A stretch of 64,000 nt of DNA, taken from the NCBI RefSeq assembly GCF_006345805.1, contig NC_043001.1, positions 88,164,001 to 88,228,000 on the forward strand. The letters are read 5' to 3'. Of this stretch, positions 28,232 to 42,174 are shown one piece after another. The DNA is from Octopus sinensis. Lineage: Eukaryota. The notes beneath the pieces are model-generated. The model was not told the DNA's origin, did no database searches, and saw only the letters and a list, made by a program, of their open reading frames with translations. The translations under genes were made by a program, and so were the position numbers. Each line of letters starts with the position of its first letter. Position 1 is the stretch's first letter.

Positions 28232-28620
28232 AGTGGAGGCGCAATGGCCCAGTGGTTAGGGCAGCAGACTCGCGGTCATAGGATCGCGGTTTCGATTCCC
28301 AGACCGGGCATTGTGAGTGTTTATTGAGCGAAAACACCTAAAGCTCCACGAGGCTCTGGCAGGGGATGGTGGTGATCCCTGCTGTACTCTTTCGCCACAA
28401 CTTTCTCTCACTCTTACTTCCTGTTTCTGTTGTACTTGTATTTCAAAGGGCCGGCCTTGTCACTCTCTGTGTCATGCTGAATATCCCCGAGAACTACGTT
28501 AAGGGTACATGTGTCTGTGGAGTGTTCAGCCACTTACACATTAATTTCACGAGCAGGCTGTTCCGTTGATTCGGATCAACCGGAACCCTCGTCGTCGTAA
28601 CCGACGGAGTGCTTCCACCA
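28232..28620 (+). mobile_element. tRNA-derived SINE family C with tail type 3
   Basis: Well-preserved CpG-rich head; the tail ends gtcgtaaccgacggagtgcttcca. Confidence 0.85.
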
Positions 28621-29019
28621 CATTCTCTAGTATATCCTTCCATATTTTAAGATGGCAAGATGGGAGATGAAGGAGATTTGATTGCTATTTCTAATAGAGT
28701 GGATGCATAGAGGCTTCCCAATTCATTAACTTACGTTATTTGTGTTACTGATGTTACTGTTGCTGTTGCTGTTGAGCGAAGCGGTCTTTGTCCTAGAGCT
28801 CGCAAGATCGCACCTCTGTAGTGAGAGAAGTCCAAAATGTGGTCCTTTGCTATTCGTAAGACCCGCAGAAGAGAAAGCAGGCCAACCCCCAACACCAAGA
28901 GCATTGATGGATGGATGAATGTGCATCCAGGCTCAGCGGTTGCGTAGGAAGTCGGGGTGATGTTGCTGTTGGTGGTGGTTGTGATGATGGTGATTATGAT
29001 TATATTGATGGTAGTAGTG

Positions 29020-29700
29020 ATGATGTTGATCATGAACTTATCTTGGTCTGCAAGATAAGCTCATTATCAACACCATCATTATGGTTGGGAGATAAGAGTT
29101 TGCTCAAAGTAACTGTCCTGTGCTTCCACCATGGCCTCAAGATGTTGGCCACCAGTTTGATCTTGGTGTTGCAAGCAGAGCAATTGGTGTCTTTCTCAAA
29201 TGTGCCCCACACATTGGGATTACAATCAGGGGAATTAAGAGGCTAGAAATTGGGGCTGGTGAAGTTGTAGAAATTCTCCAACAACCACTTCTGGCTCTTT
29301 CTGGAGGTATAGCAAAGAGCCAAATCCTGCTGGCACTCATATGGCTTTTCAGCAGCTACAATCTCCAGAAGCTTCATGTGGCCATTCTGAACTGAACCTA
29401 AGTCCCTGTTCAAAGATATGGTGCAGCCTGATGTTACCCTCACAGGAGATGCACCTAAGGCCATCACAATTTGGCCTTGTAGTCTCTGTAGTAGCTGGCT
29501 GTCCATGTCATGTCTTACAGTCTTTACAGTGTTCATAGAGTATTGGGTAGCAGTCATGATGTTGGCATTTTGACACCCAGTGCGAATCATCATGATACAG
29601 GTAACACTTTTCCAATATTCAGATGGCTTCCAGTCCTCCATGTCAGCTAACTTTTTCTCAACTATAACTTTAATCATTATGCTCCCCAATGCCATTGACT
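29020..29700 (-). mobile_element. Tc1/mariner-superfamily transposase remnant, maT/DD37D-like
   Basis: MEDWKPSE..IRTG..NTVKTVR N-terminus; QQDLALCYTSRKSQKWLLENFYNFTSPNF*PPNSPDCNP, a spacing compatible with D37D (the third D is deleted, so this is inferred). Confidence 0.75.
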
Positions 29701-31038
29701 GTTCAGCAATACATCAAGTTGTTCCTGAAAAAAGAAGATATAGAAAATCATAAAATTTAGCCTGAACACACCATATATCATCATCATCATCATCATCATC
29801 ATTTAATATCCATCTTTCATGCATTCATGGGTAGGATGATTGACAGGAGCTGGTGAGATAGAAGACTACCCCAGCTACTGCGTCTGTTTTGGCAAGGTTT
29901 TTACAGCTGAATGCCCTTCCTAACATCTTGATCTGCATAAGTTCATTATCAACACCAAGAGCTATAGTAGAAGAAATTTCTCCAAGATACTACAATAACA
30001 TGGCCACTTTATTCCCAGGTCTGCTTTATATCTGTTTGCCTGTTTCCTAATTTACAATCCTATATTTCCTCCTCCTCATACCACAAGTCTCAAGGCTGTA
30101 GCTAGGAACACACTCTGCACCTACTATACTGCACTTAATAGACACCAGATTCCGAGTAAGGTGAATAAGTAAATATAAAACAGATGGAAACTGGATCACT
30201 CTCTACAGTTGTTTCAAACAAATATTTTATAGGTGAAAAGAGTTATTACATCATGCAAAAAAGCTGTTTTCTTCAGGTGAATATACATGAATTCAACATT
30301 GTGTCACTTCATGATTCCTGGCCTCCTTTTTATTCGAGGTTAGCTAAATACATTTTTCTTCTAATATTATTGTCTTTCTATGTTTCACTTTTCATCCTAT
30401 TTCAACCTTTTTGTTCATTTACATTTTCATATATTTATGTGTTTACCTATACATACACACTCTTTCACACACACACATGTATATATATATATACATACAC
30501 ACACATACACACATGTATATTTGTATCCTTTTTCTCACATGTAGATGCTATTTGTGGCTTTTATTACTCCCTGGTTGGCCTTAAACCCCTTGTCAGTGTG
30601 TCTCAATAATTTATCTAAGTTAGCAGTCTAGAACTTTTATGCAACCAGTTCTCTCTCATATTACTAATTTCAAGCCTTTGGGTAAAGCAATTTCATTTTT
30701 AGTCCTCCCCACTTCCACTTTCTATCTACTTAGTGACATCTATAAACATACCCACCTTATTTCCTTTTAGGACGGACTACCTTCTAACTAATACTTTCAT
30801 TGGTCATTTGATTTTGATTTTCATCTTTTCTTTCTTTTCTTTACAACTTGCCACTCATGCTGTGGCTAGTTTGGTTATTCACTTGTTCATCTTCACATAA
30901 CAATGTAAACAGCATAAAGGTGATAGGACCTGAAGATTAGCCAAGCTGCTTTATGTATGTTACAACTTATGTAACAAACATCGCATTGCTATGAAACATT
31001 CCTAGCCTGTGTTTTACCTGTTCCATTCCTTACTTTTT

Positions 31039-31097
<59 letters not shown>

Positions 31098-31099
31098 GT

Positions 31100-32629
31100 A
31101 TATGTTCATATTTACATCTATATGTACATATACATATATATATATGCATATGTGGGTACAGGACGTCACAGATGTGTACAACAAAAAAGTACGAAGCATG
31201 AGTACATGGAACATGAACTATTCTTTTGAACAACGAAAGACACAAATGGAAAACAGTTTTGCATTTGTGTCTGTCATTGTTCGAAAGAATAGTTCATGTT
31301 CCATGTACTCGTGCTTCGTACTTTTTTGTTGTACATGTCTGTGATACCCTGTACCCACATTTGCATATATATATATGTATAGATGTATGTACATATATGT
31401 ATATATATATACATATATATACATATATATATATATATTATCATTATATGATTGAATGCCACGCATCCTCTTCCAAGTAAGTTTTATCTTAATTCTGATG
31501 TGCACTCTAAATGATCTTTTTACTCTTTCCTTTTTCTCACTTTTCTCTTTCTTATTCTTTTCCCTCCTCTTCTCCCACTATTTTATCCTATTACTCTGTC
31601 ACTCTCTCTCCCTCACTCCTCCTCCCTTACTCACATGGCTCCCACGTGACTGTCGGCCATCTTTCTTTCTTTCTCTCCATTGTAGCTGGAACAAGGAAGA
31701 CTTGTTCTTATTTGCCTTCTGTCCTAGCTTGATTTACACGTTCCCCCCACCACAACCTAGTTTAGGCTTAGCAGCCCTTCCTGTTTATTTTCACTGTCCT
31801 GTTTGTGTTACCAATTTTGACCCTCTACAAAATCCCAAATTTTATTTAATTTGCTTTGCAGGAACTACTGTTTTATCGAAGGCGTCTATTGTTGTTAAAT
31901 GCTGGAAATACAAGACTAGAAAAACAGCCAACAACTGATGAAGGGTCATTCTTTATGCCATTTGTTTTGTTTTCCATTTGTGTCTTTCATTGTTTGAAAG
32001 AATAGTTTATGTTCCATGCATTCGTGCTTCGTACTTTTTTTGTTGTACACGTCTGTGATGTCCTATGCCCACATATGCATATATGTATATAGGTAGAGAT
32101 GTAAGTATGTACATATATGTATGTATATATACATATATATATATATTATTTATATTATTATATGATTGAACACCACTCATCCTCTTCCAAATAAGTTTTA
32201 ACTTATATATATATATATATATATAAATGCAATATCCCTGCATATCTCACGTCTATTTTCATTCCTCCACTTCACTCTCTATTTTATATCTTATCTAGAA
32301 TAACTATTGCTTAACCATTTTCTCACACCATCTCCGATGAAGGGATATATAAAATATCCCGGAAACAAACGTAAGACCTTCTATTTATAAACGTTCTGAA
32401 ATCTTTCACAGCCTTGGATTTTTATCCCATTCTGCAAATTTTTTAATATATAAACATGCATTTATATATACACATGCTGATATATGACCTACGTTGGACT
32501 CCTCATTCGCATAATCACCAAAGCTGAAGCTTCATTATAGTCTATCCATAGCACTTACTCACCATTACCTGACACCTTTAGGTTTTATTGACACCATTAC
32601 CTCTCATAACCTCTATACTCTATATATAC

Positions 32630-32674
<45 letters not shown>

Positions 32675-32728
32675 TGTGTGTGTGTGTGTGTGTGTGTGTT
32701 TGTGTATATATATATATATATATATATA

Positions 32729-32782
<54 letters not shown>

Positions 32783-33900
32783 GTATTTCGAAACGTAGAG
32801 TAGATGAAACCTTAGCGACTGAAGAAGGGGTTTTTTCGTTGTGTTAATTGTCCTGTACTCCATTTCTTGTTTTTAAAAAAATGTCCAGTTCCTTTGGTTT
32901 GTGTCTATGTTTTCGTTTCTCTTTGTGTTCGACGTCCCTTTGGTGTCCTGTACTCATATATGCATGTATATGTACATGTAGAGGTAGGTACGTACATATA
33001 TGTTTATATATATGCATATGTTTTATTTCATTTATTAATATATTATATGACTAAACGCACGCACCCTCTTAAGTAAGATTGTTCTGTATATCAAGTTTTT
33101 GTCTTGATATTAACTCTCACGCGCACTCTTCACCTTTCTGTCCCATCCCTATTCTTTGATTTTCTTTTTCCCCACTTAACTTGTCTCTTCCTCTCTCTCT
33201 CATTCTTCACTCTCTCTCTCCCCCTCACCATTCTTCATGGTCTCCTCGCAGCCATTCCCCTTCTTCTCTCCCTTCCTCTTGCTCCTCCTCCCCCCTTCCC
33301 GTCGTCTACCCGCGACGATACTTCCGCCCTGACTGTCTTTTTGGCCTGGCCTTCAAGGTAACTGGACGACATTCTTCCTGCTCTCCTGTCGTTCACAAAA
33401 AATTCTGCGTTTGCAATACTTTTTTCGTTCGGCGTCAACAGCCCTTCTTATCTTGTTTTTCCCTGTCCTGTCTTTTACTGTTATATTTTTTTACTGTTTA
33501 TATTTTTGTACTGTCGTTACTGTCCTGTTTTTTTATCATTTTTTTACCATTTTTTACCCCTCTGCGAAAAGATCTCAGAATTTTAATTGATTTGCTTTTC
33601 GCAGGAAGGAAAGTTTCTTGAAGATACGTCTCGCTTTTATCCTTCGAAACGTAGAGTAGATGAAACCTTAGCGACTGAAGAAGGGGTTTTTTCGTTGTGT
33701 TAATTGTCCTGTACTCCATTTTTTGTTATTTTTAAAAAAATGTCCAGTTCCTTTGGTTTGTGTCTATGTTTTCGTTTCTCTTTGTGTTTGACGTCCCTTT
33801 GGTGTCCTGTACTCATATATGCGCATATATGTACATGTAGAGGTAGGTACGTACATATATGTTTATATATATGCATATGTTTTATTTCATTTATTAATAT
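31100..33900. repeat. Cluster of P-family units: inverted pair plus direct duplication
   Basis: 31151-31360 forms a long hairpin; about 32787-33040 is repeated near-identically at about 33643-33900. Confidence 0.8.
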
Positions 33901-35009
33901 ATATATATATATATATATATATTTATTTATTATACAATCAAGAAGAAATATAAAGTGCATAGAAAAGAATAAAATAGAAGAGAAAATATAATCAAAATAA
34001 TAGATTAAAAAATAAATAAAAAGTGATACCAGAACATATTTTGTTGAATTTTCATTCGTGGAAAATATTCTTAATAAAATAAAAGCTATTTAAATTAAAA
34101 CCAAACAAACAGAAAAATGAAAAAGAGTAGCAAAGATAAAAAAAAATCAAATTTTCAATAAATCATTGAAAAAAATGTGAGAAAAACAAAAATGATGAAA
34201 GACTGAAGAAATCGATTCAAATTGAATTAAATGATTTTCAGTGAAATTATTGAGCCATTAGGGCAAGTAATAAGTTTATTCAGATACTTACATAAGTTGG
34301 GTTTTTTTCTTTTTTTCAACTGGATTTCAATCTAGTTCCCATGTTGTTTCTGGATATTTCATTTTCCTATTTAGCTCCATTTATTAAATGCTGTAGTGAA
34401 CTATTTGATGACAGGTCTGTTGTTGCTGATGCTGTTGTTGTTGTTGTTGTTGTTGTTGCTGTTGCTGTTGTTTGAGCTTGTTTTAAGTTGGTCCGGTGAC
34501 TTGCTATATTATTTAAAAAATTTTTTATTGTAACTCTATCATGTGTATCATGTCATATTTTGTGCTTGTGTAATGACATGTGTACATGCGTATATGTAAT
34601 ATGTTTGAAAGACATATATACATAGATACACACACACACACACACACACACATACATACATGTACGTATGTATGTCATTATTCAGTTTTATTTCAAATTT
34701 TTTTGCCAATAGAGAGAGTCAGTTCTAATCTAGATCCAAGGCTCCTTCATTGGAATTTCAACAATATCAGCAGTGTATTTGTGTATGCATGTGTATATGT
34801 GCAGTATCTGGTGTCAGTGCATGTATAGATTTGTATGTTTTGTTTTATGTATGTATTCTACTGCATATAGTTGCATGTCTAGATATGTGCATATATACTT
34901 AAATGATAAAGTTCTGGAAAGTTTTACAGATTTTTATAGTTCCAGTGATGGCTTGGATCTGTAGTTATAGAATCAGCTTTTTCCTTTCTGGTTTTGAGAA
35001 GCCTAGTTT

Positions 35010-35892
35010 CTCAAGATTGGTGCTTAGACAGTATGTTACTTATACTAGTGTCCCAGTAAATACAGGTATAAACCTGAACTAGAGTAAATGTAGATTTCTC
35101 AATAGTTCAGCATAGGTATTTTCTCAATAGTTTAGCATAGCTAGCATCTGATGGGCAACTGATTTATGCTAACATCTGGGCAACTGATTTCCAGTTTCTC
35201 TTCTCTATTCCAAATCACTATGTCTACATTTTATTGAGGTTTTCACTAGGACATCCCACCAGCACTTCTCATTATGAGTGGCTATGACTGCTATCATACT
35301 GTAGGCTCTTATTTCGTTGGCCTCAGGTTATCCTTCCAATGGATCTCATTATACAGTGTTTTAGCTACAACATTGTGCCTCATTGGTAAATAATGCTGTG
35401 ATGACATTTTCAGACAACTGCTTAATGATGTGGATGATATTTTCAGTGTTTACTTCACAAAGTCTGCATCAGTTATGAGATTTTGGTGCATTTCCTGCAT
35501 CACTGTCCTTTTTGCGCATCAAGTATTTGGTTATTTCCCATTCCTGGATTGCAAATACATATCCTTCAAAGTGACAGGTTGTTGGTCCATGATACATTGC
35601 TTTGATAATCGATGCTACCATTATCCCAGAGCTTTCTGCTAACATACCTATATGTGGTCTTCTGCTGATACATGCCCATCTTTTCATCTGATGATGCGTT
35701 GTGTAGAGTCATGTGACTTCTCAGGCACAGGAATGGCTGTGTGGTAAGTAGCTTGCTTACCAACCATATGGTTCCAGGTTCTGTCCCACTGCATGGCACC
35801 TTGGGCAAGTGTCTTCTACTATAGCCTAGGGCTGACCTAAGCCTTGTGAGTGGATTTGGTCGATGGAAACTGAAAGAAGCCTGTTGTATATA

Positions 35893-35959
<67 letters not shown>

Positions 35960-36720
35960 ATATGTATGTGTGTCTGTGTTTGTCTCCCCAACATTATTTG
36001 ACAACCGATGCTGGTGTGTTTACGTCCCCATAACTTAGCAGTTCAGCAAAAGAGACCAATAGAATAAGTACTATGCTTACAAAGAATGTCCTGGGGTCGA
36101 TTTGCTTGACTAAAGGCGGTGCTCCAGCATGGCCACAGTTAAATGACTGAAACAAGTAAAAGACAGTAAGAGATGTATTGAAGGTTATCAGACAAGGAAT
36201 GCTGCTCAAAGAGCTGCTTTCCAAATCTCATGATGTCATCAGTCTCAGGAATGCAAACTTGGTCAAAGGATGCACTTCTACACTTGTTGGTTAAAAGATG
36301 TTGCCAAAGAGATATGATACAACATTCAAAGGCAGTCTGGATTGATGTTAAGCTTCCGCACCCTTGTTTTCATTTTAGGTAGAGGTCGTCTATGTCACTG
36401 TTTATGTGGAAATTGTGTGTGCCTGTTAGTATCTTCCAGGTTTGCACATCAATGGCTCGGTTTTCATCAAGCATTCAATCAAGTAGACCAAATGTTGGTA
36501 TGAGCACTGGTACTGCAAACACATTGTGGACCACTCTTTTATTGGATGCCAAGAGTTCTGAGGCCCATATTTTCTTTATTCAGCTGTAATATTCTTTAGT
36601 GACATGTGTCTTGTTATAGGTGCCATCAAAAGATGTTTTCATCTACTGCTAGGTACCTGTAACATTCTCATCAGATATAAGGGAAACAGTTGTCATTGAT
36701 GGGGATGCTGCTACTCTGGT
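35010..36720 (-). mobile_element. R4/Dong-like non-LTR retrotransposon remnant (RT thumb, zinc knuckle, REL endonuclease), interrupted by a SINE
   Basis: IKKIWASELLASNK..HNVFAVPVLIPTFGLLD..NSDIDDLYL; EGYVFAIQE; RHNVVAKTLYNEI; EKCWWDV. Confidence 0.75.
35723..36165 (+). mobile_element. Full-length SINE family A nested in the R4/Dong-like remnant
   Basis: Head, (TA)n core and agtaaaag tail; the LINE frame continues on both sides. Confidence 0.9.
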
Positions 36721-36814
36721 TTACAGCAGTTTTCCCTCTTTTCACAACTGAATAGCAACATTTATCTTGACTAATATGTATGTAATATGTGAAATGTATA
36801 TATATATGTATATA

Positions 36815-36975
36815 TAGTTAATCCAAACATGAAAACACAAAGAGAAAACACAACAACGTGAGGACGTGGAACAAATATAGTATTATTGGACGCTCAGGAA
36901 GGAAGGGAGAAGGAGGGTCTAATGTTTCGAGCGGAGCTCTTCGTCGGAAACATAGGAGAAGGAAAGATCCAGAGA
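36815..36975 (-). mobile_element. Solo Penelope pLTR-like fragment with hammerhead-like motif
   Basis: Homologous to the 3' end of the PLE at 62005-62135 and to 44218-44330. Confidence 0.65.
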
Positions 36976-37406
36976 AGGGAAGACAGAAGAAAAAAATCGC
37001 CAACGGTACACACGCGTATGCATACCCACATACATGCGCCTAGGTGCATATGCTCGTCCACACTTGCTTGAAACAGACACACATGCGCACCTCCACATTC
37101 GCCATAAAATAATTTCTGCATACACACACACAACCCAAATGATGAAACCCCTCTGTCACAAGAACTGATTACTGTACAATGTCCCTTGAAAAGCTAATTT
37201 AAATAGCGAAAACCGGTTGGATTTCACGACATCCATATATAATATATATATATTTATAAAAAGATATCAAACTATATGAAACTAAGGCATTTCTCTTCCA
37301 CTTTTTGTATTTATTTCCACATATTTTCAACTCATAATTTTGCCACGTGGTGTATACTAAATCTTCAGTATCTTTATACGCTGTATATTTTTATATTTCT
37401 ATATGT

Positions 37407-37437
<31 letters not shown>

Positions 37438-37452
37438 GATACGTACATACAA

Positions 37453-37493
<41 letters not shown>

Positions 37494-37645
37494 TACATAC
37501 ACACACACACACACATATATATATACATATATATATATCGCATGTAATTAAAACAAATTATTTTCCGTCCAGTCTTCCTTTGATTTTTTTCAACACCTGT
37601 GCACATCATTTTGCCAAAGTAGCAACATATCTCAATGAATCTTAC

Positions 37646-37660
37646 TTATTGGCACAGTTA
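37646..37660 (-). CDS. Putative 15-nt microexon TAACTGTGCCAATAA (x-T-V-P-I in phase 1)
   Basis: A perfect TACTAAC branch point lies about 19 nt upstream of cacttttag|; the donor is TAA|gtaaga; the length is a multiple of 3. Confidence 0.5.
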
Positions 37661-38350
37661 CTAAAAGTGTGTCTGTGTCGGTTAGTACTTGTGTGTTCTG
37701 TATGTGCACATATCATACACACATACATGCAGGTATACATACATATGTATGTAAGCATGCACACATACATGAGTATATACATACAAATATAAGTGGTTTC
37801 AAGCTAATTTTATTTTGATTTTAAGTGAATTTGTTCACAACGAGCATCTAATTCCGTAATCAGATTAAAAATATATCCTTATTCCATGGGGCTGGAGATT
37901 AGGGTGCAATGAAGTAGGAAGTAGTTTAGAGTATACAGAAAGACCTTGCAAAAATATATAGTGCTATACTCTTTTATTGATTTGAAAGGGTTGATAAATG
38001 AAAGCCTGTAGTTTTGTTGTGATGGGTTTGTATGTGGTTATAAAGAATCCCCAGTGCTCATTATCTAAGTAAAAGTAGATAAAAGACTACCAGGTTAGAG
38101 GTCGGTCAAGATCTATATATCTCTACCCATACTCACAACACAGACTTTTACCAGGCCTTACCACCCATTCTGAAACATACTATGGCTACTTTTATGACTC
38201 CCTATTTTATCCCTCCCTACCATATATGATAAGAATATATTTTTAATTTGGTTATGGAATTCATTTACAATTGAAACTGAATTGACATAAACTAGTTACC
38301 AAATCAAGAATCCTCCTCCTCCTCCTCCCACATGTGCTCACACTCCTCCT

Positions 38351-38424
<74 letters not shown>

Positions 38425-39449
38425 CATCATCATCACCATCATCACCATCATCCCCCCATCATCATCATCATCGTTGTTGTCATCGTCGTCATCACCGCCG
38501 TCGTCATCGTCGTCATCATCATCATCGTCTTATGTCTTCTTTCCTTGCCAGCATGCATTGGACAGATCATGATGGCCCAAGTTTTTTTTCTTATTCAGAG
38601 CTACTGCCTCCCCAGGTAGGTTGGAAAACCATGTCCCAATGGTACATTTCATTTTTTAGTTTAGTTTCTTTAGCTGGATGCCCTTCCAAATACAGTCACT
38701 TTACATAGTGTAGCAGATGTATTTTACCATGGAATCAATGGTAGAGAGGTTGTCATATCCTTTCATGGTATTGTCTCTGCCCATTCACCCAGTCACTTTG
38801 AAGAGTGTATTGGGTGCATTCTATCATGGCACCCGCACTACCGAGGATGTGTTATACCCTATTACACTATAAAGTCTTCACTAATCCATGGTATGTCCAT
38901 TTGCTCAAGGTAGTGTGACCAAAAGAGGGAGTCAGAATCAAAGAATCAAAGAATGAGGAGTGGGTGGAGAGGATAATAGTATGATGGTGGAAACATGACC
39001 TGGTGAGTGAAAAGTAGAAAGGGGGGAGAGAGTGATGAATAATTGTAGAGGGGAATGATGGTGAGAGAGAATGGGGGATGTCAATAATGAATGGCCTGGT
39101 GGGAGATGGCATTAAGATTGGCACTGAAAAATGGGTAGAACATATTGGATATAAACATATGAAATGAATTATGAAATGAACATATGAATTATACATAGGC
39201 TCATGATGGGTGATAGACAAAGGATCACAATGATGGTGATAATGGAGTGGAATGCAAAGGTTATATAGGTGTCATTGTACAGTGAATAGAAGGGAGCTTG
39301 GTTTGAGAGATGAGAGATATACTAAAGGCAACAAATGTAGACTTAACAGTGACATGTTGGGTGAGAAACTCAAATGTGTGTGTGTGTGTGTGTGTGCATA
39401 CATACATACATACATATATGTGTATGCATACACATACACTTATATGTGT

Positions 39450-41302
39450 ATCATCATCATCATCGTTTAACTTCCGTTCTCCATGCTAGCATGGGTTGGA
39501 CGGTTCAACTGGGGATCTGGGAAGCCAGAAGGCTGCACCAGGCTCCAGTCTGATCTGGCAGTGTTTCTACAGCTGGATGCCCTTCCTAACACCAACCACT
39601 CCATGAGTGTAGTGGGTGCTTTTTACGTGCCACCGGCACAGGTGCCAGGCGAGGCTGGCAACAGTCACGATCGGATTGGTGCTTTTTACGTGCCACCGGC
39701 ACGGAAGCCAGTCAAGATGGCGCTAGCATCGGCCACAATTCGGATGGTGCTTTTTACGTGCCACCGGCACAGAGATCACAACTGCAGTTTCCATTGATTT
39801 TTGATGTTGGTGTACTTGACTCAATGGATCTCCTCAAGCACAGGGTCGAAACGGTGTTTCTTTACTTTCCACCTGCACAGGAGTCAGTCCAGCAGTCCTG
39901 GCAACTGCTGGGTGCCAGTCATAGGATTGGTTCAATTTCGATTCCGATTTCACTTGCCCCAACAGGTCTTCACAAGCAGAGTTTAGTGTCCAATGAAGGG
40001 AGGTTGGCATGGGTGCCTGTTGTCGGATGAGGTTCGATTTCAACTTCGCTTGCCTGAACAGGTTTTCGTGTGTCTAAAGGAGGAAAGGCATGCATAAGCA
40101 GGCTGGCTGGGATGGACTCACTTGTCCTGTCGGGTCTTCTCACGCACAGTATATTTCCAAAGGTTTTGGTCACTAGTCATTGCCTTAGTGAGGCCTAAAG
40201 TTCAAGGTCGTGCTTTACCACCTCGTCCCAGGTTTTCCTGGGTCTACCTCTTCCACAGATTCTCTCAACTTCTAGGGATTGACACCTTTTCACACACCTA
40301 TCTTCATCCATTCTTGCCACATGACCATACCAGTGCAATCGCCTCTCTTGCACATCACAGCTGATGCTTCTTAGGTCTAACATTTCTCTCAAGGTACTTA
40401 CACTCTGTTGAGTATGTACACTGACATTACACATCCATCGGAGCATACTAGTTTCATTCCTCGTGAGCTTACGCATGTCCTCAGCAATCATGGCCCATAT
40501 TTCACTGCCATGTAGCATGGCTGTTCGTACACATGCATCATACAGTCTGCCTTTTACTCTGAGAGAGAGGCCTTTAGTCACCAGCAGAGGTAAGAGCTCC
40601 CTGAACTTTGTCCAGGCTATTCTTACTCTAGCAGTTACGCTTTCAGCACACCCACCCCCGTTACTGACTTGGTCACCTAGATAACGGAAGCTATCAACTA
40701 CTTCTAGTTTTTCCCCCTGGAAAGTGACAGAAGTTGTTTTCTGTAGATTTTCAGTGCTTATTGCTCCTGAGCATCTGCCACATACAAAAACTATCTTCCC
40801 AGTTAGCCTTCCTTTGACATTGCTGCACCTCTTATGTGTCCATAGCTTACACTGGGTACATCTTATAGAGTTTCTACCTACGCCTTTTCTACAGATCTAG
40901 CATGGCTATCTACCTGAAGGCAGATGTGGTTTGTCTACCTTCCTACTTATTAGGACTTTGGTTTTAGGTAGGTTGACTCTAAGGCCCTTTGATTCTAATC
41001 CTTGCTTCCACACCTGAAACTTCTCCTCCAGTTCTGATAGTGACTCAGCAATTAGAGCAAGGTCGTCAGCATAAAGAGCTCCCAGGGGCATTCTGTCTTG
41101 AATTCCTCCATAATTGCCTGGAGGACTATGATAAATAGGAGGGGGCTGAGGACTGAACCCTGGTGGACCCCAACCTCTACCTTGAATTCTTCAGTGTACA
41201 CGTTGCCAACCCTTACCTTACTTACAACATCCCTGTACATGGCTTGCACAGCTCTCACCAGCCATTCATCTATTCCTAGCTTCCTCATTGACCACCAGAT
41301 AA
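39450..41302 (-). mobile_element. 5'-truncated RTE LINE (RT 3' part, 3' UTR, (ATG)n tail), frameshifted
   Basis: [60 protein letters not shown]. Confidence 0.95.
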
Positions 41303-41330
41303 AGGATCGGGGGACCCTGATATATATATA

Positions 41331-41389
<59 letters not shown>

Positions 41390-42174
41390 ATGTATGTATG
41401 TATGTATGTATGTATGTAGGTAGGTATGTATGTCTCTATGTATCACCTAAGACCATATGTTTTAAGGTTGTCCCAATAAGGCAAAAAAAAATTAAGTAAG
41501 CATTTTCTATACATCTTACTGAATTTGCATTCAAACTTTTAATCCTACCAAATATCGTGTAAAAATTATTATCTACCTTGTACTAACTGGTCACTAAGAG
41601 ACACTATAGGTATGTATAGTATGTCAAGAAGCATGGCGTGTCAAAGAGAGGTAGCACCTTTGACAGGAAAACATCACATTTTAGAGATGGTTTGTTTGCT
41701 TTGGTCTCCACCTGGTACTCATCTCTCACCTGTAACTCCAAGTAGCTGTTTGCAAGTAATGGCAGCCACACACCAGTAAGTTGCTTTGACTGGCAAGCTA
41801 GAGCAGGTGAGATGAGCTAATGGCATGTAGTAACTTTGAGTTAAGGCTTGCCTACCTGTGCATGTGAAAGTGGGATCTGGTGGACTCTTTATGGTTTAAT
41901 GGAGAGGGAGGTGGTGTAGCAATGAATTGTAGAGTGCAGAGAGCAAAGTGAGGCAAGCAAGATATGTTGGTTATCCACTGCATTCCCCAGTCATCTTGGC
42001 CTGGCCTTGCCACTGGATTGAAAATGGTTACAGATAAGACAGTGAGGTTGATGGAGCATAACTCTTCCTCACTTTAAACAAAATCACAATATAAGTCATT
42101 AGTCAGCCTTCACCCAAGATGACCAGATGGTCTTGTCATTTCAAGGAATGAACATATATTCTTTTATTCTTTTG

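Noticed and set aside
28232-28310. tRNA-like sequences with A and B boxes (also in all SINE heads)
   Set aside because: They lack a complete cloverleaf and acceptor stem and continue into SINE bodies, so they are not tRNA genes
29713-29724. 12-nt candidate exon (EQLD) after a strong minus-strand acceptor
   Set aside because: The donor is weak (GAT|gtattg), there is a stop in phase 1, and it abuts the maT transposase 5' region, so it may be a transposon-internal splice site. It would matter only if the chain is actually phase 0.
38332-38708. Poly-His / poly-Ser ORFs
   Set aside because: They come from a (CAT)n microsatellite
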